A DNA stretch of 64,000 bases from an uncultured Pseudomonadales bacterium (GCA_964511175.1 CAZEEI010000002.1:132382-196381); one strand, 5' to 3'. Numbered from the stretch's first letter, positions 38,751-49,004 are shown. The notes: a model not told the origin generated them from the sequence alone. Numbers and translations: made by a program.

Positions 38751-39157
38751 GTTGTTTCTTTACTCTTGATCGAAAAATAATGCGGTCTGGAATGATTCAG
38801 CTGACGAACTATTACTTGAATACAACGTTTTTTTCCATCAACAACTACCGCGCAGCTCACTTCCCAATAAATAGCTTGGCGAGTATTCCCTCGGTATTTG
38901 ATCAATCGCGTCTCAACCCTAGTTGGCGGTGCCGACGCATTTTCGATAACCTCTTGAGCAAACAAGAATAAACTCAAGCGTTTATTTATTTCCAAACGGT
39001 TTCTTCGATGACCATTACCGTCGAAGAAAAGGTGATTCCAACCATGGCGGTTGAAGACTATTTTGCATTGAATTGCCGGGCAAAAGATAGGTCTAGTTTT
39101 GAGGTTTTTGTAAACGTCTTTGACTTTTTTGATAGATAACGCAGAGGTGTCTGACAT
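38738..39157 (-). CDS. hypothetical protein (139 aa)
   Basis: Basic, Cys-containing ORF with no recognised motifs; upstream of it lies a secreted-protein gene. Confidence 0.4.
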   Translation of the reverse strand: MSDTSALSIKKVKDVYKNLKTRPIFCPAIQCKIVFNRHGWNHLFFDGNGHRRNRLEINKRLSLFLFAQEVIENASAPPTRVETRLIKYRGNTRQAIYWEVSCAVVVDGKKRCIQVIVRQLNHSRPHYFSIKSKETTKKP

Positions 39158-39176
39158 TGGTGTAAACGAAGAATCT

Positions 39177-40994
39177 TTACGGGAATTTTGTTAACAATAT
39201 TTGCCTAAAATGTTGTCTTAGACCCATAGCCAGCCAATTAGTTAACCATCCGCCAGAGACACTCTGGTTCAGCATTAATTCGAAACCGCGCTGAACAGAC
39301 TGTGCATCAGCTAAAATAGCAGTGTTTAAAAGTTTGTCTTGATACTCCAGAAGCAAATCGACTAAAGCTGGATGGCGCAGTCGATCTGATAGATAAAGCT
39401 CGATTAACTGCGGACGGCTGAGTAAACTCATTGATGTGTTGCTGGTGGTGATCTGCGGCTGATCGGCTGTTAAATCAACATTCCAGCTGAGCGGCGTCGT
39501 CTCGGACGAAATGAGATAGGAAATAACACTGACTTTGCCGGTAGCAGTGTAGGCTGCCAGCCAAATAGGCGAAAACGCTTGAGTGTCGGAAAAAATAAGC
39601 TCTACCTTTGCCGGTGGCTTAGCTAAATCGTAGAGAAAATAGGGTGTTTTAGTGGCTAAAGTTGTTTCCACTAGGCGTACAGGTGTTAATTGGTTGCCAG
39701 TCGTATCTTGAAAAACAACTTGCGTACTTAACGGTGTAATAACCGTAATCCCGCTTAAGTCAGTATGGCTGGGCACAAACAGCCGCGCCGAAGTAAAAGT
39801 ATTAGCATAGCTGTCTAAACGTAAGCGAGTATAAAAAGGATCATGAATATTAAAGTCAAGCCTACCTGGCCCAAAACCATAGGCGGTAATAAAATGTCCT
39901 GGCTCGGCCAGAATTACCGGTTGGTTATTTTGGATTTGTTGGCGTAGCCAAGCCAATTGGTTAGTGGGATTGGCGTAAGTCATTTCGAGAGTTGGCACTT
40001 CGGTATGACTTTGGGAAAATAAATAACTCAGACGACTGAGGGCACGCCAGTTAACGCTGCCATCTGGTAAATAGCCGTCTACTTCTTGTTGCAGCCAAAG
40101 GTTTAGAGAACCGGGATCAAGCGTGGTTTCGTCCGGTAAAGCGTCAATGCCGTAGTAACGCAACACCATTACCGCACTAACCAACGCACAACCCCAGTAT
40201 TTAATCAGTGGACTTTGTGGCGCCCACAGAGTGGCTGTATCGTAAATTTGACTGCGCCAGGGGTCATCGGTTTGTTTCAACAACAGCACTTCTAGATTTT
40301 TAGTTTGAGCCAATGATTCAACGCGAAAATCGTCAAAGCGCACATAAGAATGACTTACTGCACCCACACTTGCGGCTAAACCCGGCTTGCCCTGTTCCAA
40401 TTGAGGATCACTGGGTGATTCGAAAATATCTAGAACCAACTGGTCGTCCAGCCATAATTGGAGGTTTCGGGCTGATAAATCATATTCCCAAAATACGTTA
40501 TACCAGTGGTTCTCTTGGAAATTGAAAGCTCTGGTTCCATTTTGCCAGACATAACTTTGTCCCTTAATCATTTTTTCGGCCTGAATACCGGTTCCAAAAA
40601 GATGGATTCCCAAACGATTGGCACTATCTTGCCAACGAATTAGCAGATTACGATCCATATTACGATTAGATATAAACAACCGCAGGGAAACTCGTTGGAA
40701 GCGCTGATCGGCGACGGCGTTAGTAAGCGGCACAATTTCTGTAGCACAGGGAATACTACCATCGATGTTAATTTCCACTGCTCCGTTCACTACTTGCCAC
40801 TGTGGTCTGCCGCTGGGGGAAACACAGGTATAGTGAGGATCGTCCAAGGCGGCATTGCGCACTTCGGTCCACTGCCACTGGCTGGCAAAATCATCCGTCC
40901 ACAGGACTTCCGCCGCCCGTACCGGTCGAATTAAAATCAACACCAAAAGCAAGCCTATTAGGATGGCTCGATTTTTCATAATCTTAGTTTGCAA
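39177..40994 (-). CDS. secreted protein with an N-terminal lectin/ConA-like region and a putative papain-fold (C39-like) cysteine peptidase domain
   Basis: Signal peptide MKNRAILIGLLLVLILIRPVRA. The YWGCALVSAVMVLRYYG block resembles the C39/C39_2 catalytic Cys region. Confidence 0.55.
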   Translation of the reverse strand: MQTKIMKNRAILIGLLLVLILIRPVRAAEVLWTDDFASQWQWTEVRNAALDDPHYTCVSPSGRPQWQVVNGAVEINIDGSIPCATEIVPLTNAVADQRFQRVSLRLFISNRNMDRNLLIRWQDSANRLGIHLFGTGIQAEKMIKGQSYVWQNGTRAFNFQENHWYNVFWEYDLSARNLQLWLDDQLVLDIFESPSDPQLEQGKPGLAASVGAVSHSYVRFDDFRVESLAQTKNLEVLLLKQTDDPWRSQIYDTATLWAPQSPLIKYWGCALVSAVMVLRYYGIDALPDETTLDPGSLNLWLQQEVDGYLPDGSVNWRALSRLSYLFSQSHTEVPTLEMTYANPTNQLAWLRQQIQNNQPVILAEPGHFITAYGFGPGRLDFNIHDPFYTRLRLDSYANTFTSARLFVPSHTDLSGITVITPLSTQVVFQDTTGNQLTPVRLVETTLATKTPYFLYDLAKPPAKVELIFSDTQAFSPIWLAAYTATGKVSVISYLISSETTPLSWNVDLTADQPQITTSNTSMSLLSRPQLIELYLSDRLRHPALVDLLLEYQDKLLNTAILADAQSVQRGFELMLNQSVSGGWLTNWLAMGLRQHFRQILLTKFP

Positions 40995-41038
40995 TCTGTT
41001 TCTTACCTAAAACTGACCGAACATGCGATACTTGGCTT

Positions 41039-41962
41039 ATGTTTCAAGCAAAACAACCGATTAGTTTAGTGGTAACGGTGAAAAATGATGCGGCCGGACT
41101 GCAGCGTTTACTAGCGTCCCTGGTTGAACAGACGCGCTTGCCAGAAGAGGTAATTTTGGTTGTAGCGGACTCAACTGATCAAACTTTAGCGGTGGCACAA
41201 GCGTGGCAACCAGCCAATATAAAGGTGCGAGTCGCTGTTTTGCCGGAAGCAAATCGTTCCGTGGGGCGCAATTATGGAGTGAACTTGGCTCAGCACGATT
41301 TAATCGTTTTTACCGATGCCGGTTGTGTGCCGGAGTTAACCTGGTTGGCGGAATTAACTGCACCATTTAAAGATAGTAAGGTTAAATTAGTGAGCGGTTA
41401 TACCGCGGGTGAGGGGCAAAATTCCTGGAAAGAGGCACAAATACCGTTTGTGCTGGTGCCGCTGGTCAAGGTTGAGGATCATCCTTTGCCGGCAACTCGC
41501 AACATGGCGATCCGACGAACAGTTTTTACAGATATCGGTGGTTTTCGCGCCGATCTTAATTATGCGGAAGACTTTGAACTGGCACGTCGATTGCGCGCGG
41601 CCGGTATTCAGGCGATGTTTATACCGGAAGCAGTGGTCCACTGGCGGCCGCGCGCCACGATCGGTGGTTTTTTCCGAATGATTATTCATTTAACAGCCGG
41701 GGATATCACGGCAGGAATTATTCGGCCAGGTTTATTAACAATGTGGCTTCGCTATTTGGTTTTTTCGGCAATCTTGCTTTGCCAACCAATCGTGGGGTTA
41801 ATTCTTTACTTAGCCTATTTGATTTTTAAAACCGCGCAGCAAAAGTTTTCGTATAAAAAAACTTATTTAGTAGCCATGGGTCTTCAAATAATTGGCGATT
41901 TAGCAGTGTTGGTTGGTTCACTGATCGGAGTCGGAGTAAAAATACAGAAAATTCGAACGTGA
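41039..41962 (+). CDS. glycosyltransferase family 2 with C-terminal TM helices
   Basis: ISLVVTVKND... and TDAGCVP, a GT-A signature; hydrophobic C-terminus. Confidence 0.8.
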   Translation: MFQAKQPISLVVTVKNDAAGLQRLLASLVEQTRLPEEVILVVADSTDQTLAVAQAWQPANIKVRVAVLPEANRSVGRNYGVNLAQHDLIVFTDAGCVPELTWLAELTAPFKDSKVKLVSGYTAGEGQNSWKEAQIPFVLVPLVKVEDHPLPATRNMAIRRTVFTDIGGFRADLNYAEDFELARRLRAAGIQAMFIPEAVVHWRPRATIGGFFRMIIHLTAGDITAGIIRPGLLTMWLRYLVFSAILLCQPIVGLILYLAYLIFKTAQQKFSYKKTYLVAMGLQIIGDLAVLVGSLIGVGVKIQKIRT

Positions 41963-42089
41963 TTGTTGACGCGATTTATCGAAATGGCCAAAACCGACAG
42001 TTGTACAACTATTGGTTTTACGGTTTTTGATCTATTTACCTCGCTAACCGTCTTGCGTCCCACAGCCTTTCAGGGGAAAATAGGAACCA

Positions 42090-43349
42090 ATGTTGAAAAA
42101 AATATTTAATCGTGTCCAGCGTTCACCGGCTTTGCGCGGTATTTCTAGTTTTGCCTCTTTGCGTTTTGCGACCAAATTTATGACCTTAATCCGCCTGGCT
42201 TTCATCGCTCATTTCATTGGTCCCGCTGAATTAGGGGCTTACCAATTGTCACTTTTAGCTATCGCTATCAGCGAAGTTTTTACCGAAACGGGTATTAATG
42301 TTATGTTACTCAAACACCCCCAAAAATTAAGCCAATACCTGGATACAGCTTGGGTAGTGTCAATTATCCGCGGCGCACTCATTACCGCTGGTATTGTTAT
42401 TTCCACCCCTTATCTGGCTGACTTCTACGGCGGTGCGCATACCGCCACTTTTCTTTACGTGGCTGCTTTCATTCCTTTTTTCCGCGGCTTTATTAATCCG
42501 GCGGTAATCACTTTTCAGCAAAAACTACAATTTGGTCGAGAATCAGGTTTTCGCCTAGGATTACAATTACTCGATATCATCACCGGCGCCTGGTTGGCTT
42601 GGTACTTGCAAAGCGCGGTTGGCTTAATTATTGGTTTACTAATTGGTGTTCTGGGTGAGGTAGTGTTTTCCTTCCTGCTATTTGATACCGTGCCACGGCC
42701 GTTACAAGCCAAATGGTCACTAGTTGTTAAGCTATACCAAGAAACCAAGTTTATTATTGGCAATGGCATTCTGCATTACTTAACCGAAAATTTGGATGAT
42801 TTGGTTATTGGTAAAGTTTTTGGTACGGCTGGTTTAGGACTGTATAACGCCGCTTATAGTTTGGCCAGTTCGGTAACGAACGATTTTGGCTCGATTGCCG
42901 GGCAAACTTTATACCCGATTTACGCCCAGCTGCATGCTCAAAAAAAAGTGGTTAGGCCTTTGTTGATCAAATCTTCGGTTTGGTCCCTGGCCTTTTTAAT
43001 TTTAGTGGCTGTTCCTTTACTGGGTTTTACCCAACCCCTGATTCAGCTTTTGTTGGGAGAGCAGTGGCTGGCAACCGTGCCACTGATTCGTTTACTTTTT
43101 TTGGCCGGGGTGGTTAAGAGTTTTGTTACTAGTTGGAACCCAGTAGCGATTCTGGCTGATTTGCTCTACCACCACGTGATTATTAACGTCATTACGATCG
43201 TCATTATGGTTGGTGGAATTATTTATTTAGCCCAACCCCTAGGCTTAAACGGCGCCGGCTGGGCGGTATTATTGGCAGTGGCCGTAGTGCAACCTTACGC
43301 CTGGTGGGTAACTTATCAAGCCGTGCAGAGGTTAGACCATGGCCGTTGA
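42090..43349 (+). CDS. polysaccharide flippase (Wzx / MOP superfamily), second copy
   Basis: About 12 TM helices and a PF01943-like N-terminal pattern. It overlaps the next GT2 start. Confidence 0.75.
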   Translation: MLKKIFNRVQRSPALRGISSFASLRFATKFMTLIRLAFIAHFIGPAELGAYQLSLLAIAISEVFTETGINVMLLKHPQKLSQYLDTAWVVSIIRGALITAGIVISTPYLADFYGGAHTATFLYVAAFIPFFRGFINPAVITFQQKLQFGRESGFRLGLQLLDIITGAWLAWYLQSAVGLIIGLLIGVLGEVVFSFLLFDTVPRPLQAKWSLVVKLYQETKFIIGNGILHYLTENLDDLVIGKVFGTAGLGLYNAAYSLASSVTNDFGSIAGQTLYPIYAQLHAQKKVVRPLLIKSSVWSLAFLILVAVPLLGFTQPLIQLLLGEQWLATVPLIRLLFLAGVVKSFVTSWNPVAILADLLYHHVIINVITIVIMVGGIIYLAQPLGLNGAGWAVLLAVAVVQPYAWWVTYQAVQRLDHGR

Positions 43350-44094
43350 AACTTCGGTCATTATCGTTAATTACCGGGCCGATGTTTACGTCAAGCGCTT
43401 ACAAAACACTTTGCGTGATTTGCCCAACAGCGAAGTCATCGTGATCGACCACAGCGACGGTCGGCGGGGTTATGGTGCCGGTTGTAACCAAGGTGCGCGG
43501 CAAGCTCGGGGCAAATATTTGGTGTGTTTGAACGCGGACGTCATGATTAAACCCGCTGATATTGACCGCTTGGTTAAAGTACTTCAGGATCAGCCCGCAA
43601 TTGGGCTGGTGGGGCCGCAGATTCGTAATGCAAGCGGGGAAGTACAAATTTCCTGTTCGGCAATACCAACGCCTTTTTTAGCTTTAATCGAATATTCCTG
43701 GTTGCGCAATGTGCCAGGACTGCGCCATTTTTCTCAAGCTTATCGGTTAAACGGTTTTGATCACCGCACTTCCCGAGTGGTGCCGGCCATCGGCGGCAGT
43801 TGTTTAGTGATGCGCCGCCGCGACTGGCAGGCCATTGACGGTTTTGATGAGAAGTTATTTTTGTATTTTGAAGAATTCGATCTGGCCAAACGTCTACACG
43901 ATCAGCTGAATTTAGCCACTTATTTTTGTGCGGAAGCTGTCCTAACTCATTTTGGCCAGGTTTCCACCAAACAAACCGCCCAAGCGCGACAGCACTTTCA
44001 ACGCTCGCGGCATTATTGGTTAGGCAAGGCTTATGGTTGGCGCGGTCGATTGACCGCTTTTTTACTCAAACTGATGGAGAAATATCATGGCTGA
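43339..44094 (+). CDS. glycosyltransferase family 2
   Basis: VIIVNYRAD...LNADV, a GT-A signature. Confidence 0.8.
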   Translation: MAVETSVIIVNYRADVYVKRLQNTLRDLPNSEVIVIDHSDGRRGYGAGCNQGARQARGKYLVCLNADVMIKPADIDRLVKVLQDQPAIGLVGPQIRNASGEVQISCSAIPTPFLALIEYSWLRNVPGLRHFSQAYRLNGFDHRTSRVVPAIGGSCLVMRRRDWQAIDGFDEKLFLYFEEFDLAKRLHDQLNLATYFCAEAVLTHFGQVSTKQTAQARQHFQRSRHYWLGKAYGWRGRLTAFLLKLMEKYHG

Positions 44095-44857
44095 ATCTAC
44101 ACTAACCACGGTAATTTTGGTACATAACCAAGCCGAACAAGTGGCTGATTTATTGGCTACTGTCAGTCGGCAAAGCGACCAAATTATTTTGCTCGACGAT
44201 AATTCGACTGATAATCTAACGGCATTGGCCGAACAATATGGCGCACAGATCAAACGGCATAAATTAGGGAATAATTTTGCTGCCCACCGTAACTGGGTAT
44301 TGACCCAAATTACCACCGATTGGACCTTATTCTTAGACGCAGATGAGCAATGTTCACCAGCTTTATGGTCCCAAATTAAGCAGGCTATCGCCTCAAATCA
44401 AGTCGATGCCATTTGGCTGCGACGGCAAGACTGGTTTTTGGGACAAAAGTTGCGTCATGGGGAAGTGGGTCAAATTACACTCCTACGCTGTGCCAGAACA
44501 AAGTTGGGAAAGGGCAAGTGGCAACGACCAATACACGAGACGTGGGTCGTGCCAACCCATCGGTCAGTTATTTTACCTACACCGCTGGAACATCGACCTC
44601 ACCCCACATTAACCAGTTTTTTAAATAAATTACACTGGTATGCCAGCTTGGAGCCGGTTTCTCGACCTCGTTATTCTTTAGTTCGTTTCATTGGCGAGAT
44701 GTTGATTTTTCCACTGGCCAAGTTTAGCCAAAATTATTTTTGGCGTCTAGGCTGGCTGGATGGCTGGCCAGGATTGGTACACGCCAGTTTAATGTCGTAT
44801 TATTCCCTCATCACGCGGGTCTTTATTTATGAAGCGCAGTACACTCACCATTCCTGA
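44087..44857 (+). CDS. glycosyltransferase family 2
   Basis: TVILVHNQAEQV...LLDDNSTDN...LDADE, a GT-A signature. Confidence 0.75.
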   Translation: MAESTLTTVILVHNQAEQVADLLATVSRQSDQIILLDDNSTDNLTALAEQYGAQIKRHKLGNNFAAHRNWVLTQITTDWTLFLDADEQCSPALWSQIKQAIASNQVDAIWLRRQDWFLGQKLRHGEVGQITLLRCARTKLGKGKWQRPIHETWVVPTHRSVILPTPLEHRPHPTLTSFLNKLHWYASLEPVSRPRYSLVRFIGEMLIFPLAKFSQNYFWRLGWLDGWPGLVHASLMSYYSLITRVFIYEAQYTHHS

Positions 44858-46064
44858 AACACTTCTGGTTGTAATATTGAGTCTAGCCACTCTGGGTCAA
44901 TTTGAGCGTTGGTTAACGCCGTTGGGTCAAGTTAGCTGGCATGAAATAGGAATGGGTATTTTTATCATCTATGTGGCTAACCTTACACACCATCGGTTCC
45001 GATTGGTATTTAACCAATGGTTATTTTTTTTCACCACTACCTTTTTACTCTGGACTCTTTTTACCACCATCCTCAATGCTTATTGGTTGGGCTCGCCGCT
45101 ATTATTAAAAATCGGTGGTGCTTACTTAGCACGCCTAACTTTGTATCTATTGTTCGGTGCTAGCGTTTGGCTGGCAACGCGGATTGGTTTAATACGTCGC
45201 CGAAGGCTACAGTTAATGGTGCTCATGTGGTTTTTGGTAATGGTGGGGCTGGGTATCGGTCAATATTTATTCTTTCCTGACGCACGCCTTTTGGTCGAGT
45301 TGGGTTGGGATGACCATTTGAACCGCGCTTTTGGTACCTTGCTAGACCCTGGCTTTTTCGGCTTATTGATGGCGATGGGGAGTATTTGGTCCTTAACTAC
45401 TTGGTCGATTGAAAACAAACAGCAAGCTCAAACCTGGTGGCGGCCCGTGGTGTTTGGTGTTTTATTGTTGGCGCTTACTCTTTCTTTTTCGCGTGCTAGT
45501 TATTTAGCTTTTATAGTTGGGATACTGTTTTTGGCTTGGGTTAGGCGGTCGCGGCGAACGCTCTTATTTATTCCTTTGCTGGTCATGGCTTTAGTACTAG
45601 TACCCAAAGATGGCGGCGGTGAAGGCCAAAAGTTAACCCGTACCAACAGCGTTGCGGCACGGGTCGAGGTAGCGGAATTTCATACCAAAGGTTTAACTCT
45701 AACCGAGATGCTGATCGGTCGAGGTTGGTATTACGAGAGTGTACGTCAATTACACGTGACTGGAATAAAATCGGCAACAAATGATCAAATAAAAGCAAGC
45801 GATTTACCTCAACATGCCCAGGCGGTTGATAATTCTTACCTACATATTTTTCTTTCGACCGGCATCGTTGGCCTGATTCTTTTTGGTGTGGCAGTAATTA
45901 CCTATCTTAAGGGCTTAAGTTTCCGACCAGTTTTGGCAGTTATTGCCGTGTTGTTGACACATAGTGTTTTTAGTACCGGGTTGTTTTATCCCTGGGCGTT
46001 GTTGATCTTAGGACTGATAGAATCATTATCGGCACCATGCTGGGATAAAAATAATGAAAATTAG
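44829..46064 (+). CDS. O-antigen ligase/polymerase family membrane protein (Wzy_C/WaaL-like)
   Basis: About 10 TM helices with a periplasmic loop carrying SFSRASYLAF (Wzy_C-like). Confidence 0.65.
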   Translation: MKRSTLTIPETLLVVILSLATLGQFERWLTPLGQVSWHEIGMGIFIIYVANLTHHRFRLVFNQWLFFFTTTFLLWTLFTTILNAYWLGSPLLLKIGGAYLARLTLYLLFGASVWLATRIGLIRRRRLQLMVLMWFLVMVGLGIGQYLFFPDARLLVELGWDDHLNRAFGTLLDPGFFGLLMAMGSIWSLTTWSIENKQQAQTWWRPVVFGVLLLALTLSFSRASYLAFIVGILFLAWVRRSRRTLLFIPLLVMALVLVPKDGGGEGQKLTRTNSVAARVEVAEFHTKGLTLTEMLIGRGWYYESVRQLHVTGIKSATNDQIKASDLPQHAQAVDNSYLHIFLSTGIVGLILFGVAVITYLKGLSFRPVLAVIAVLLTHSVFSTGLFYPWALLILGLIESLSAPCWDKNNEN

Positions 46065-46100
46065 TTAAATAAAATAACAACATTCTGTTAGGATGTAGCT

Positions 46101-46889
46101 GTGGACTACTCCCGACCTCATGATGATGAAACAACCAAGCAAGCGGCGGCGATGGCTCAGGAGTTAGCTGAGAGTGCTATTCGCTCACTGGAGAGGATGA
46201 GAGCTAGTTGTCTGTTTCAGTTACAGCAAGCAAGATTAAAGATAACGGACAATTCCATACCAGTTGGTACGGTGAACCATGTTTGCATAGAACAATTGGC
46301 TAAAGAAACTCAAGCTAAAACGATCCGCGACTTGGAGCAGCAAATTGATTACCTTGATCGAAAACGCCAGTTAATTCGTCCACCCCGATCGGATCAGGCA
46401 CAATACCGACACAAACTAATAAGGGAATTTCCAGTATTGGTCAAAAATATCCAACACAATCAACCCCGCCTACGTTTTCACGGAGCAGATATTGTCAATA
46501 CAGAGAGAATTATTAATTCTCGAAAGATCACTTCTGCCGAGGAAAGAGGCCTAAGTAGGGCGAGCTTCGATACAATGGGACAAATTTCGGTGACGACCAT
46601 TGCTAATGTTATTTCTAGCCTCAAGGATTACATCGGCATCAAGGAAGCGGCTCTACCGCTGGGGTGTCTTTTTGTTTTACTGCCTAAAGACGAGACTGAT
46701 GCTCAATCGGGGAGGTCAAATTTAATGGCTAGTGTTCAACTAGTGCTTCCTGACGGCAGTACGTCGCCCCAACTAGTGCGAATTCTAACTTCAGCCGAAA
46801 TGTTACCTACTATCCGCCGCCTACTAACAAAACAGGGTATAAATAGCAATTTGGCCACGGAATACTTTGCTTATTTGCAAGAGAAATAA
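46101..46889 (+). CDS. hypothetical protein (262 aa)
   Basis: ORF with a helical N-terminal half and no recognised domain. Confidence 0.5.
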   Translation: MDYSRPHDDETTKQAAAMAQELAESAIRSLERMRASCLFQLQQARLKITDNSIPVGTVNHVCIEQLAKETQAKTIRDLEQQIDYLDRKRQLIRPPRSDQAQYRHKLIREFPVLVKNIQHNQPRLRFHGADIVNTERIINSRKITSAEERGLSRASFDTMGQISVTTIANVISSLKDYIGIKEAALPLGCLFVLLPKDETDAQSGRSNLMASVQLVLPDGSTSPQLVRILTSAEMLPTIRRLLTKQGINSNLATEYFAYLQEK

Positions 46890-46916
46890 GATTTTTTTCA
46901 GTTGTTGTTGAGATTA

Positions 46917-47114
46917 TTAATCCTGTTTTTCGATTTTCTTTAGCCTAACCATATTATCAATCGCTTGAGGATTTACGCGCCAGGATTGACCGCCCGCTGA
47001 TTCGATCGAGACCCGAGCTGTCCTATCATCCTGAATTTCAACCAGCAAATACTGGCCTTTTTCGAGACTGAAACTTCCCCACTGAAAATAATCAACAACG
47101 CGATAACGATTCAT
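46917..47114 (-). CDS. small hypothetical protein (65 aa)
   Basis: ORF beginning 3 nt downstream of tRNA-Lys on the same strand. Confidence 0.35.
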   Translation of the reverse strand: MNRYRVVDYFQWGSFSLEKGQYLLVEIQDDRTARVSIESAGGQSWRVNPQAIDNMVRLKKIEKQD

Positions 47115-47116
47115 GT

Positions 47117-47193
47117 TGGTGGGTCAGGCGGGACTCGAACCCGCGACACCTTGCTTAAAAGGCAAGTGCTCTAACCGACTGAGCTACTGACCC
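47117..47193 (-). tRNA. tRNA-Lys (anticodon TTT), CCA encoded
   Basis: Cloverleaf: acceptor GGGTCAG/CTGACCC, anticodon stem CTTGC/GCAAG, loop CTTTTAA, T-loop TTCGAGT, 3' ACCA. Confidence 0.9.
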
Positions 47194-47272
47194 ATACAGA
47201 CAACGGTCTATTTTATCATAGCAAACTGACTGATTATTGGGATTTTTTTGGGTTTAGCCTACAATAGGGGGC

Positions 47273-48466
47273 GTGTCCGATTTTTCCATAAACTCACCTC
47301 TGGCTCATTTACTGCGACCCATCACTCTGGATGCCATGGTTGGTCAGGCGCACCTGATTGGTCCTGGTAAACCACTACGCGAATTAGTTGAGCAAAATAA
47401 AATCTACTCACTGATTTTTTGGGGTCCACCAGGTGTGGGCAAAACTACTCTAGCGCGAATCTTGGCTAAAGCGAGCGGCCGCCGACTCTACGAATTATCG
47501 GCTGTTTCGGCTAGCAAAAGTGATGTACGTACTATTGTGGATGAAGCCCGGCGTCCGCAAAAACAACTAACCGATAAACCCTTAGCGCCCGTCTTGTTTC
47601 TCGACGAAATTCACCGTTTCAACAAAGCCCAGCAAGATTTTCTCCTACCAGCAGTCGAAGATGGCACCATTGTCTTAATCGGCGCCACTACTGAAAACCC
47701 ATCTTTTGAAGTAATTTCTCCCTTATTGTCCCGCTTGCGCGTATTTGTGTTAGAGGAACTGTCGCTGGATGATCTCCGTTCTTTGGCGCTCCAGGCGGCT
47801 AAATCACTGAAAACTAAACTCAGCAAAACTACTATCGATCAGGCGATTGCCCAGGCAAATGGCGACGCGCGGCAACTAATCACTCTTTTAGATCACTGTT
47901 GGCAAACTTATGGTTCAATTACCACTGAAAAGTTAAAAGTGGTAGGTAAGACTTTTTTGCGCCACGATAAACACGCTGAAGAGCACTATAACCTGATCAG
48001 CGCTTTCATCAAGAGTATGCGCGCTAGCCAGCCAAACGCCGCTTTGTATTATTTAGCCCGGATGGTTGAAGCCGGTGAAGATCCTAAATTTATTGCTCGT
48101 CGTATGGTTATTTTTGCCTCCGAAGATATTGGTCTTGCTCAACCCACGGCACTGGTGGTAGCCAATGAAGTTTTCCGTGCGGTGGAGACGATTGGTTTGC
48201 CGGAGTGCGCCATTAATTTGGCTCACGGTACTGCTTATTTGGCCCAAGCCAAAAAAGATCGTCGCGCTTACAATGCTTATTTTGCCGCCGTAACCGACGT
48301 GCGTCGCTTAGGTAATTTACCGGTGCCTAAAATTATTCGTAATGCGGTGACCAAGCTAATGACGGAATTGGGTTATGGTGAAGGTTATGAAAAGTATTCG
48401 GACGAGAGCTATTTACCAGATAAATTACGTCACAAACACTATCTTGATCCGCCCACTACCGGCTGA
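47273..48466 (+). CDS. rarA: replication-associated recombination protein A (AAA+ ATPase)
   Basis: Walker [12 protein letters not shown], Walker B LFLDEIHR, and the MgsA C-terminal domain. GTG start 7 nt after a TACAAT. Confidence 0.85.
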   Translation: MSDFSINSPLAHLLRPITLDAMVGQAHLIGPGKPLRELVEQNKIYSLIFWGPPGVGKTTLARILAKASGRRLYELSAVSASKSDVRTIVDEARRPQKQLTDKPLAPVLFLDEIHRFNKAQQDFLLPAVEDGTIVLIGATTENPSFEVISPLLSRLRVFVLEELSLDDLRSLALQAAKSLKTKLSKTTIDQAIAQANGDARQLITLLDHCWQTYGSITTEKLKVVGKTFLRHDKHAEEHYNLISAFIKSMRASQPNAALYYLARMVEAGEDPKFIARRMVIFASEDIGLAQPTALVVANEVFRAVETIGLPECAINLAHGTAYLAQAKKDRRAYNAYFAAVTDVRRLGNLPVPKIIRNAVTKLMTELGYGEGYEKYSDESYLPDKLRHKHYLDPPTTG

Positions 48467-48480
48467 TACGATTACTACCT

Positions 48481-48978
48481 ATGTCCCAATTCCGTTCTTG
48501 GCCTATTTTACTAATTTTATTAAGTGGGTTGGTTTTAACCGCCTGTTCGATTAAGCCTACTAACGAAGCTAATGTTAATCTCGAAAATATTAAAATCGAA
48601 TCCGTCACTACTGGCACCGAACTGGCGGCCAGTGAAAGCGGTATTGTGGAAGGAGTAGGTATGGATGTAACCGAACTAGCGACTGGCACCGGTGCAGAGG
48701 CTAAAAAAGGCAGCCAAGTGACCGTGCATTATGTGGGTACTTTAGCGGACGGTACCCAGTTTGATAGCTCACGTGATCGCAACCAACCCTTTACTTTTAC
48801 TTTGGGCGCAGGTCAGGTGATTACCGGTTGGGATCAGGGAGTAGCTGGCATGAAAGTAGGTGGCCGACGAAAGTTAATTATTCCTCCGGAACTAGCTTAT
48901 GGCGAAGCCGGTGTTTCTGGCGCCATTCCACCCAATGCAACTCTGACTTTTGAAGTCGAATTACTTAGTGTTAAATAA
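48481..48978 (+). CDS. FKBP-type peptidyl-prolyl cis-trans isomerase lipoprotein
   Basis: Lipobox LTAC and the FKBP domain [16 protein letters not shown]...[13 protein letters not shown]. Confidence 0.85.
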   Translation: MSQFRSWPILLILLSGLVLTACSIKPTNEANVNLENIKIESVTTGTELAASESGIVEGVGMDVTELATGTGAEAKKGSQVTVHYVGTLADGTQFDSSRDRNQPFTFTLGAGQVITGWDQGVAGMKVGGRRKLIIPPELAYGEAGVSGAIPPNATLTFEVELLSVK

Positions 48979-49004
48979 CCGACTAATACGCTAGAGTAGG
49001 AACT

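Noticed and set aside
38780-38971. 63-aa plus-strand ORF after the sRNA terminator
   Set aside because: It is antisense to the 139-aa gene, has no RBS, and lies downstream of a strong terminator.
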